A DNA stretch of 64,000 nucleotides. Source: Balanoglossus misakiensis. Lineage: Eukaryota; Animalia; Hemichordata. The notes under the pieces are model-generated. The model did not search any database and was not told the DNA's origin. It saw nothing but the letters and a program-made list of their open reading frames with translations. The DNA lies in contig CM082576.2 in assembly GCA_040954595.2 (NCBI GenBank), forward strand, positions 15,048,928 through 15,112,927, in the 5' to 3' direction. Position numbers and translations under genes: made by a program. This document shows, piece by piece, positions 51,331 through 62,119 of this stretch (positions are counted from its first letter, which is position 1; each line of letters begins with the position of its first letter).

Positions 51331-53086
51331 GCTGTTGAAGTATTGCAAAGAGGAATTACAATAAGAGAGTACATTGTCAACAAGTGCAAATATAGGACGC
51401 TCATTTTCTGTAGTGATGGTTAAAAGAGACTGTATTTCTGGAGGAATTTATTACATGAATTATAAACAGAATATATATCCGTTATTGTGGGTTCCACTCA
51501 GGGTAGAAGTGTGAAAAGAGCAGCAGTGTTTTGATATGATGATGCACTGCCGTCTATATTATATGAGCTGATTTAATTTTGAAATTACAGCTGATCAGAT
51601 GTTTTACCAACACGATTGTTATTGTATGTGGAATAATTCTGACAGACACAGAGCCAGTTGATAGATCCATAATCAGAATTTACACTTAATGAAAAAAGTA
51701 AGCAAATTATTTGAATTGTGATAAACAGTTCAACGAATATTAAATGTGTACGTGTCTTAGAAGAGGTCAATTTTAGGAGGATTCAATTATATCATGTGGT
51801 TTATATGATGGTCAGTTTGTCTGACCTGGTCAAAATTTAGACTGAATACAATTTAATTGAGGCGTTGGTTCAATACAGGACATTGATGAAGTTCAACATG
51901 GTCCCCCCCCCCAAACCCCCGAAAAATATGACGTGTTCCATCCAGGATGACATCAACAGAGGTGATGTGTCCCCCTATTATACGATACAGATGTGTCTCT
52001 GTCATTAGTTTGTTGTGAGATGGGTTTTTCTCTGTGACTATCGTCTTGTTTGCTTTTGCATTTTTGTGCATACCAGTGTTAAGGGCACATTTGAAACAAA
52101 TACATAGAGACACATATGTATGGATTGGTTGCGCAGGGTTTGGTTTGGATGAAATGGGAGGGTAGGGTTTCCTTCTGACCCAAAAAATGATACGCACAAT
52201 ATATCATTGCCATGACAGCTGTGTAGTTTATCTGACCAGGGTTAGAGTGGGCGTCAGGGGATTGTTGAATTGTTGAGAATACAGGGTGGGGGGGGGGGGG
52301 GTTGTAAGAGAAGGGATTTACCAGTTTTTGAGAGGGAGGGAGCCTGTAACTTTTTGACATGCAAATCTAGTGGCTGTGAAAACGTCAATTTTTTCCCTAT
52401 TGGACAGCTTAATTTATGACACAGTTTGTATTTGCTAGAAGCTAGCATTGATTTTGTTATCTTTCTGCAGAGTGTGACATATCAATGCAAATGTAGTTTC
52501 TGAAGTATTTTCCAATATATGTTATCGGTCATGTGTAGCCATCACATGAGGGCGCACTTCATGTCAGTCATTTTGAAATATCAAATGAAAGACCACCTAT
52601 GGATTGTTCCATTGTAAAGCAGCTGCTATTTATATTTACTGTCATCAGATCAGTGTAAATACTGTGGTTTGCTGAGAATACTTTTTTAAAATACATGTAC
52701 CTGTATTATCCATTTGAAGATTCTCTGTTTGTTTTCATGTCGAAATCGCATTTTTGTCACCGCCAACTTGGCATGCAGCTAGTGTAAGATTATTTATTCC
52801 CCCGCTTTGAAAATTTGAAAGACTTGTTTCTGTTTTAATTCAATTTTAATAAATTGTGTTGCCACCCTTTATTGTATTGGGATTTCATTTTGTATTTATA
52901 AGTTATTATAATTTTGTTTTTGGAACAGTAGTTTGATCCACATACAACAGCCTCAGGTTTGCTAATGCCGATCATTCAGGTCTCTCTTCGTGTATTTCAT
53001 GGAAGATGTAGAAATTGGTCTTATAACACTGAAATAAACTTGTATTCGGTAGAAGACTCTATATTTCTTTGCAGCACCATTCATAT
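51331..53086 (+). repeat. Direct repeat copy A (the ENTPD5/6 3' UTR and poly(A) region)
   Basis: Collinear with 62120-63960 from about AGAGGAATTACAATAAGAGAG to GCAGCACCATTCATAT; contains AATAAA at ~52848. Confidence 0.95.
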
Positions 53087-53141
53087 TGAACACCTATTGC
53101 CTGGCCATGAGGGCCAAAGCGGCCGTTTATTACACCCGAGG

Positions 53142-53224
53142 GGCTGTGAGTTACCAGAATCATATGCTATTTCCCGAGGCCGTAGGCCGAGGGAAATAGC
53201 GTATGATTCTGGTAACTCACAGCC
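53142..53224. repeat. Long near-perfect inverted repeat (34-bp arms) with inner GGCC-GTA-GGCC hairpin; probable transposon remnant
   Basis: GGCTGTGAGTTACCAGAATCATATGCTATTTCCC / GGGAAATAGCGTATGATTCTGGTAACTCACAGCC, one mismatch. Confidence 0.85.
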
Positions 53225-53441
53225 AAGGTGTAGCCTGGTCACCATACCCAGTGTGTTTTAGATAGACACACACACAAATCAAATTTATTGGTGATTTAGC
53301 AAAGTAATTTTCATACTCGTACGCAGACGCCCTCGAAAATGCTTAATTTTCAGTCTCTCGAAACGATTCCGAATCCGAAACTGAAACCAAATCTGAGGCT
53401 TACTTCAGTATCGTCGAGTTGAATGAATTTGATACTTGTTA

Positions 53442-54213
53442 GGGACCGTTCAGTTTTTACGGCCGGGGGGCCCGGCAAGTTTGTGTCATCGGTTTTCAAA
53501 ATCAGGCCGACCCCCCCCCCCTTCACCCAGGAGCAATAAATGATGACCCCCCCTTTGACAGGCCAAAAAATCTGATGACCCCCCCCCCCACACACACAAA
53601 CACCGAAAACATTCGCCGTCATGATCCTATGTACACTGTATGCATTATAGGGAATGAGGGTTCCCACACCTGAATTCTAAATTTCTTAAAGTAATTGAAG
53701 TATATAATAGTATATCGTTGCAATAAGAATGACTTATAAATAAATGAAAATGACAAGTCAATACAATAGTTGGTAGAATTGGTAAAACAAGAAAAGTGGC
53801 GGAGGTGGGTGTGGGAGGGGGTGTCCCCCTCCGTCACGAGAAAATTTTGTAAAAAACGGTGCTCAAAGTTGCATTTTAATGAACTCAAAAGCAAATTAAC
53901 TCAGTGTTAGGGAGGACAAATTTTAATTTTGCCACTCCACTAAAAGTAAGCATCGGGGTGGGGTGGCAAGCACTCTGCCCTGGTACACTAGACAAACCAG
54001 CAAAAATGAAATGTGGCGGAGAATGAAGGGGGTGGGTGTCCCCCTCCCACATTAGAAAATTGTGTAAAATAAAGGGCGCGAAACTGCAATTTTGTGGACT
54101 CAAAAGCAAAAGTTCGGTGGCAAAAGTATGTGACCCCCCCCCTTTTGGACTTCAAAATTTAAGTGACCCCCCCTGGATTATGCCGCCCCCGGCCTTAAAA
54201 ACTGAACGGTCCC
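53442..54213. mobile_element. PIF/Harbinger-type MITE 1 (TTA TSD)
   Basis: TTA|GGGACCGTTCAGTTTTTA ... TAAAAACTGAACGGTCCC|TTA. Confidence 0.88.
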
Positions 54214-54546
54214 TTATGTATGACATTTTTCTCACCCAAACAATGTTTATTCAAGCCGAAATTTACAAAATATTATCTTTTTATCATCGAAGTATGTTTT
54301 TCGATGATAAAATATGTATTTAACAATTTCCGATGTGAAAAAAACAGTGTTTTGGTGCCAAAATTACCATACATAACATGTCTAGAGAGTTTGATCAAAT
54401 ATATCCATATTTTTTACAGAGTTATTTTTCATACTCGTACTATACTGCAGATGCCAAACTGCGATGGTCGCCCGAACCCGAATCCGAAACTGAATCCGAA
54501 TCCGACACTAACTTCAGCATCAAACTCGAAACATTTCAAGAGTAAA

Positions 54547-57500
54547 ATGGAGGAAGTCAACACGCCCCAGAGTACATCGTCGAAAAGTGGAAACCAAATG
54601 GATGCCACACCAAGATCATCCCTAATTTGCAATCACTTGACAAGAGCTGGTAGGTGTCCATCATTGCATATGTTACTCTTGAGTTTGATAATTCGAGTCT
54701 GTCAAACATTCAGACGTATTCTCGTCCGCGGTGTGACGTCACGAACAGGGCTATAGTCTGGTGGGCGAGATGAAAATTCAAAGAAAATTAAAGCTGCAAG
54801 CAGCGTTGAAGGGGCCCAAGCATAGTGTTAATAACCATTAGACTCCATTCAGGGTTGTACCATTCAAATGCGTAGGCTGTATTTGCTCTGGATGTGGAGA
54901 TATGGGGAAGTAGGCAACCACCCGAAATGGATGTCTTACAAGTACAAACACAACAACCAAAGGTGAACTTCTACGTTGTAAGTACTTCAGTTACTTCAAA
55001 GGTCAGCTGAGGGTATCCAAAAATTGGGCCAAAATTAGGATTCTTATTTGGTTCATATTCAAGACAACGGAAAATAATCGCTGTTTGGGTTTGTCAAATT
55101 AGATATGGCCATAATAATGAGTTACGCAAGTAAGTTACAGGTAGCCCCTAAAATTTAGCATTTCATGACGTAGAGGGTCCTACCCGACCCCTCTAAACAC
55201 CTGGCTATACATGATGTGCATGCTAACATATGGAAAACAGGTCAATGGACACCTGATGTCACCCAAAAATTTGACAAAAAATGTTCATTCCTGTTTATGT
55301 CATGTGCAACAAATCCTACATTTGCAGCCCTTTCACTTTGCCTTCCATTAGGTATGCACGTAATACATGAATCAAGCAGGTGTCGCAGGTATCCGGCTGT
55401 ATTTGGCATTTCATGATAGTTTCGCTCCGAATACCAAAGCTGCACTTGTACAACGGGCTGAGATATGGCACTGTACGACAGAGGTCATCCAAATCAACTT
55501 ATACATTTGGGCAAAAAAAACTGACACTTACATTCGTCCCTGCGGAACAAAAACCACACCTATTGCCCTGTTGGTTATTGTCCAATTAAATGTACAAAAT
55601 CAATGACTTAGGCAGGTGACCTCGCCTTTGGTATATCTTTATGGTCCCATCCGTATATGCCCCCCCCCCCCCCACGCCAAAAATAGGTGAAATGTCACAT
55701 AAGATCACCCATAAGGCTGCATTCACAAACACCTCTTGAGGGGGGGGGGGGAGGGGGCGGTAGAATTCAATTTTTTTTACCGCTAATTTTCACATGCCCC
55801 CCGTACACAACCCGAAAAATTTCAAATCCCCCCCCCTTCCGAACTGCCAAAATTTTGAAATCCCCCTACCCATTTTCTTTCACAGAGCAAAACACATCAC
55901 CTAGTATCTATCTTGTAAAAAAAAGAAAAACAGCGCTCCCATTTTTTAAGTATTTGTATCCTGTGTTGGGAGACATTGTAAACCGAGAATTGAAGGGGGT
56001 GGGTTTGGGAGGGGCTGCACGTAAGAAAATTTTATAAAATACAGAGCCCAAAGCTGCATTTTAATGAAACCGGCAAAGGCAAATTAACTCAACTACCGGT
56101 ATGTTGGGGAGGACAACTTTAACCGTCGACGCTCATAGTTATTATGGGTCCCCTGACCTGGGACACTAGATAAACCAATCAATGATTGAAAGGTGTTGAT
56201 GAATGGAGGGGGTGGGTGTGGGTGTCCCCCTCCCCATTAGAAAATTTTGTAAAATAAAGGGCGCGAAACTGCATTTTTGTGGACTCAAAATAAATATTTA
56301 GTCGTCAAAGTTTTCAAGTCCCCCCCTTTCAGTCCCTAAATTATTTCCAATCCCCCCCTTACATACCCTCATTTTTTTTCAAATCCCCCCCCCCCCCCTC
56401 AATTCTCCTGCCCCCCCCCTCCTGAGGTTTTTGTGAATGCAGCCTAACTTGACAGGAAAATCGGACTTCATATTGATCCATTTGCAACAAATACCACACT
56501 AGCATCCCTTTCATTGACCCCACAATTACGCATGCACATAATAGAGTTACGCAGGTGCCACAGGTGACCCCTGAATCGGGCGTATTATTTTGGTCTCATA
56601 CAGCTGCATGAAGCTGCGTGCCATTACGGGCAACCTGATAACCCCCACGGCCACCTGCGGGCCAACCCCCATACTGAACTTTCAGTTGCAACGTCACGAC
56701 TGAAGTAGGAACTGTTGAACGGCAAAGAAGCCTGATCTCTGATTATTGCTGGTACCATACTCCCTTCGTGCAAGAAAATCATTGGTCTGCTGACGTATTT
56801 CGGCGACTGAGGGTCAAAGTCCGCAGCCGCATTACATTGAATGTTAACCAGTGTAGCCGGGTCTAGATAGAAACATTTGAACGGCAACAGCTAACAAACT
56901 CAGCGTAATTCAATAAAACGCCCTAACACAGCCTGAACGCCGATAATGTGTTATCCCAAAATTCATTCCGTGGAAAATAATCACTGGTCTGTTTACGTAT
57001 TTCAGCCGATTTTCCAAGGACTACTGCAACCCGCCAGAAGTGAGTAGCCTGCTAATGAGATCTCCACAACATTACGTAATGACGGTCAAAGTCCGATGCC
57101 CCAGTGTCCGTCCTCAGCCCACCAAAAATGCGAAAAATATTACAAAAATCTTCTTCTCAAAATCGACGTGGCCTAGGACCTTGAAATTTGGCACAGGGGA
57201 TTTTGGTCACATGGTCTACAAAAATCGCGAAAAGAATGTACATTCCCCCATTAACGTGCAAATAAGGTCAATTTGAAAATTTCGCTCGATTATAGCCACC
57301 AAGTCACGTGACTAATTACAAATTCAAAGGGCAGGTGCACCAGTACTCATGGGCCCCAATCATCGTGCCAAACTTCATAGGCGCAGGTGCCGGAATTTCA
57401 GAGAAAAACGGGAGCAAAAAAACGACTCAAGAAGAAAGAAGAAAAACTCCAGCAATAACAGAAGGTGACCAAGCGCCTGAGGGCGCTTGGTCCCCTAAAT

Positions 57501-60500
57501 ATGTTGTGTGCTAAGCGTTTTCTTCGAATTTTGAACAATAATGTCATACAAATACATTGAAACTGTTGATAATGAAGCAAAAGATTGATACAATGCTAGA
57601 AGTTGGCATAATAATACAAGACTGTTCATATTCCACTTCTGCAAGGTTTGAAGGTGAACGGGTCGTCTGGAGCGAAAATCCCAAAAAGTGACTGTCTCTT
57701 CAAGTTCAATTTGGCAACCTATCTGATTTAGTCACCATGTACATCTATATAAGCAAATTATCTGAAATGGTATTTTCTCTTCCCCCCTCTACTGTCTATG
57801 GTAGGTGTCGACAGTCACTTGACTGCAAGCAGAAACAAGCTTTGATTTTTGGGAGTAGGTGATTCACACCTTTAAAACAAAGGATATCGACTCCAACTTT
57901 GTTTCATGACCTTGTGATATAGGGACTCTGGTTTTGCTCAACACATGCACCAAGCATAGAAAAGTCTAAGAACCAAGTACATGTATATGCGCTTTTCCAC
58001 TAGGGAATATCCTCATAAAGTCTTCAGTTGTTTTTTTAACCAGCTTGAAAAAAATGGCTTAAAAAAATATGCAACAGATATGTGTGGGGTTTGGCCAGTC
58101 AGAATTTTAAGATTCTGAATGATGACAAGCATGTTTCCCTCCAGACGCCACCTCAAACCATCATGGTTCATGTTTTTTTCACTGCTCTAATCCACCCTCG
58201 CTGGTGATGCAATGCTAGTTTTGTTGTCTACATACTTGCAGGGGTTTTGTAAATTGCTCAGTGCTTGGCATGCCTAAAGTCCAAAATTCCTGTTGTCAAA
58301 GTTACAGTATTACCATTGGAACAATTGACAATTGTGTAATTTTTAAAGAAATCAACCACAACAACAATATATAAAATATATGGTAACCATACTCTAGTTT
58401 TAACGTAAACCCCGGTGCAGCAAGTCAGGGGTTTGGATTAATGTCATGTTTGCATTATTCATAGTTGTTTATTGGAAATGGTCATGCACAAAGAATAGAC
58501 TGTCACCTTATGTAACTTAATACTCATGCCTTACTTTTCCAGAATGTTCTGAAGTGTGCACACAGTACAGACATTCAAATAAGTTACACGAACTTGGGAG
58601 ACTGTTGGAATCATCACATAGTAAAGTAACACATCGATTTGAAGAGGGTGTTGAATCCTTTGATGGTAAGCAAGCATAGTCTTTCTGTTACATATCACTA
58701 GTTCTGCTGTTTCTTGTCTCTGCAAACAAAAGACAACATGAACATAGCTTTCCCTATTGAGAAAGGTGATGTATACAAATTGAAAGGGGGTGTTCCCTTG
58801 AAGTCAATCACACCATTGTTGTGATCATTCTTTGCCAATAGTTCAGTACATCAACAAATAATCAGTCTGCTCATACATGATTGCTTAAATTATCTGCAGT
58901 ATAATCTCAAGATGGGCATCAGCCATTAGCCGGCAACGTTAAAGGGTGTGGGGGGGGGGGGGGGGGGGGGGGTCAGAAGACAGAATCTGTCTCCTGACAC
59001 CCTGAGACGATGTGATTGGTAATCAGTAGTAATGTTACTTATTAAGTGTGCTTGAAGCCCGTATTTAAGTAGCTGTTTTGTTATCATCCAACAGATGTAT
59101 CACTAATAATCCACACTCTGGCACACTCTGGCCATATTCAAGTGAGCCTACTGGATGATGTCAACAGTAAAGATGTTGAACATGGTCAAGAACTTAGTAG
59201 AGCGGACATGCTGCATCACAATAGCAAAAATGGACAAGGCCCAAGATGGTTAGAACTTGAAGAGTGTGGTGATCATGCCAGTAAAACGAGTGATGAGTTC
59301 AAGGCACAGTCATGCAGCCACATAGGAAACCACACATTAGGCAGTCCGAAGAAACCTGTGAAGATCTATTCAAATGAAAGACCATTTGCATGCAATGAAT
59401 GTGGGAAAACATTTACATGGAGAAGTAGTCTAAAGGAACACATGAAGACCCATTCAAATGAAAGACCATTTGCATGTAAAGAATGTGGGAAAACATTTAC
59501 ACAGAGGGGCCATCAGAAGACACACATGAGGATCCATTTAAATGAAAGACCATTTGCATGTAAAGAATGCGGGAAAACATTTTCACAGAGAGGGAGTCTA
59601 AAGGAACACATGAAGATCCATTCAAATGAAAGACCATTTGCATGCAATGAATGTGGGAAAACATTTACACAGAGAGGCAATCAGAAGAGACACATGAGGA
59701 TCCATTCAAATGAAAGACCATTTGCATGTAAAGAATGTGGGAAAACATTTTCACAGAGAGTCAGTCTAAAGGAACACATGAGGATCCATTCAAATGAAAG
59801 ACCATTTGCATGCAATGAATGTGGGAAAACATTTACAAAGAGTGGCCATCAGAAGACACACATGAGAATCCATTCAAATGAAAGGCCATTTGCATGTAAA
59901 GAATGCGGGAAAACGTTTTCACAGAGAGGGAGTCTAAAGGAACACATGAAGATCCATTCAAATGAAAGACCATTTGCATGTAAAGAATGTGGGAAAACAT
60001 TTACACAGAGGGGCAATCAGAAGACACACATGAGGATCCATTCAAATGAAAGACCATTTGCATGTAAAGAATGCGGGAAAACATTTTCACGGAGGGACCA
60101 TCAGAAGACACACATGAGGATCCATTCAAATGAAAGACCATTTGCATGCAAAGAATGTGGGAAAACGTTTACACAGAGGGACCATCAGAAGACACACATG
60201 AGAATCCATTCAAATGAAAGACCATTTGCATGCAAAAAATGTGGAAAAACATTTAAACAGAGGGGCTATCAGAAGAAACACATGAGGATCCATTCAAATG
60301 AAAGACCATTTGCATGCAATGAATGTGGGAAAACATTTACACAGAGGGGCCATCGGAAGACACACATGAGGATCCATTCAATTGAAAGACCATTTGCATG
60401 CAATGAATGTGGGAAAACATTTACACAGAGGTGCCATCGGAAGACACACATGAGGATCCATTCAAATGAAAGACCATTTGCATGCAAAGAATGTGGAAAA

Positions 60501-60956
60501 ACATTTAGATGGAGTGGCAGTTGGGAGAGACACATGAGGATCCATTCAAATGAAAGACCATTTGCATGCAAAGAATGTGGAAAAACATTTAGATGGAGTG
60601 GCAGTTGGGAGAGACACATGAGGATCCATTCAAATGAAAGACCATTTGCATGCAAAGAATGTGAAAAAACATTTAGATGGAGTGGCGATCAGAAGAGCCA
60701 CATGAGGATCCATTCAAATGAAAGTCCCTGTGCATGCAATATATGTGGGAAAACATTTACGCGGAGAGAGAGTCTAAAGGTACACATGAAGATCCATTCA
60801 AATGAAAGACCATTTGCATGCAATGAATGTGGGAAAACATTTAGACGGAGAGAGAGTCTAAAGGTACACATGAGGATCCATTCAAATGAAAGACCATTTG
60901 CATGCGATGAATGCGGGAAAACATTTAGACGGAGAGAGAGTCTAAGGAACACATGA
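54547..60956 (+). CDS. Multi-C2H2 zinc-finger protein; proposed exons 54547-54649 (tentative), 58543-58665 and 59095-60956 (array continues out of frame to ~61245)
   Basis: Terminal exon: acceptor ttttgttatcatccaacag ending at 59094, open in phase 1 into 18 complete fingers. Exon 58543-58665 has cttacttttccag / G|GTAAGC and is an open 123-nt phase 1-1 exon. Candidate first exon begins aaaATGg at 54547 and ends G|GTAGGT in phase 1. The ZF exon is certain; upstream exons are inferred. Confidence 0.7.
54787..57498 (-). mobile_element. Non-autonomous Helentron/Helitron2-associated element (HINE/DINE-1-like architecture)
   Basis: Asymmetric subterminal inverted repeats GGGGCCCAAGC (54811-54821) / GCTTGGTCCCC (57485-57495); terminal hairpins GCTGC-AA-GCAGC (54793-54804) and GACCAAGCGC...GCGCTTGGTC (57467-57492); short GAA-rich tract next to the latter; A/T-rich flanks without TSD. 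Confidence 0.7.
55715..56444. mobile_element. PIF/Harbinger-type MITE 2 (TAA TSD), nested in the Helentron-like element
   Basis: TAA|GGCTGCATTCACAAACACCTC ... GAGGTTTTTGTGAATGCAGCC|TAA. Confidence 0.88.
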
Positions 60957-61245
60957 AGATCCATTCAAATGAAAGACCATTTGCATGCAATGAATGTGGA
61001 AAAACATTTAAATGGATTGGCAGTTGGGAGAGACACATGAGGATCCATTCAAATGAAAGACCCTTTGCTTGCAATGAATGTGGGAAAACATTTAGATGGA
61101 GAAGGAGTCTAAAGGAACACATGAAGACCCATTCAAATGAAAGACCGTTTGCATGCAATGAATGTGGGAAAACATTCAGATGGAGAGAGAGTCTAAAGGA
61201 ACACAGAAGACCCATTCAAATGAAAGACCATTTGCACATAATGAA
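59361..61245 (+). repeat. Coding minisatellite: ~22 tandem 84-bp C2H2 finger units
   Basis: Near-invariant CACATGAGGATCCATTCAAATGAAAGACCATTTGCATGCAATGAATGTGGGAAAACATTT backbone recurring every 84 bp, with a variable ~24-bp recognition-helix segment. Confidence 0.97.
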
Positions 61246-62119
61246 TGTGTAGGCATATTTGCATAGCTATTGTTTGTAGCCTGGCATGCAGCGACATCAA
61301 TTGGAAAATGGTATCGCCCACACGAAGTCAGTCCTGGCGAATTTTTCCCTTACAGAAAATGCCATATTGGAAGTTTGCCAACTTTCCCTCGTTTCTGTAA
61401 AAAACTTGTGTGACTTATACAGGGCGAAAGCTTTTATTTCCAAAAGAGTGACCTCAAAGCTACCAAATTATGTAGAAATCAGCTAGACGGGACTTCCCCT
61501 TTAAGGAACTTTGGCCAATACATGTATTTGAAAGCATACATTCACCGCCCCTGCCATGTGTTATCCCCTTCTTCATGCAAAGAGGGGTTGGGGGGGGGGG
61601 GAGAGGGTGATTGCAAGGAGAATGGAGGGGAATATCACACAGTGAGTGTATGGTGTAAAACACTTCAAGCAAAGTATTCTGATTTCCTTCAGGGAGATTG
61701 AAACATTGCGAAGGAAACTGGTAGTTGTTGATCAAATTAGATGTTTGGAATTTTATGGCACCCACTGTGAATTTGGTGCTGAGTTGTATAGGCCTTAGGG
61801 CATTTTCTTTCATTTTTAAGGATATTCTGTTGGTATATTTGCATACATAAATTGCCCCCAAATACTTTTATCATTTGAACCAGATTTGAAGAGCACATCA
61901 CAAGCTAATTCCAAAGGTATCAAACAAGTTTCCAAAACTGGTTTTAAAAGCCCATGATCTTCAACTGGATTTAAAAAAAATAAATTTCAGATAGGCTTTT
62001 AAATGTCTGTTATAAAAGAAAATTGCATGATAGCATATCAATATCAACACTTATAACAAAATGGCTAAAGAATTAAACAAATATCAGTATAGTCAAAAAT
62101 TCCTGTCATTTCAAAAAAT

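Noticed and set aside
51537-51595. Possible C/D box snoRNA (ATGATGA ... CTGA ... CTGA) in the highly similar UTR block
   Set aside because: It lies in a 3' UTR rather than an intron, has no convincing terminal stem and no recognisable rRNA guide; such short boxes occur by chance.
51853-52448. Short ORFs with apparent paralogs at 62886-63325
   Set aside because: The similarity comes from the non-coding UTR duplication, and frames are not preserved between copies.
60269-61215. Repetitive minus-strand ORFs (HANGLSFEWILM...)
   Set aside because: Antisense shadows of the zinc-finger repeat; no independent coding evidence.
59361-61245. Repeat/variable-spacer pattern superficially like a CRISPR array
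   Set aside because: The period is exactly 84 bp and encodes C2H2 fingers, the variable parts are related to each other, the context is eukaryotic, and there are no cas genes.
54547-61252. Calling the gene PRDM9
   Set aside because: No KRAB, SSXRD or PR/SET exons could be found between ENTPD and the array; only the evolutionary pattern is similar.
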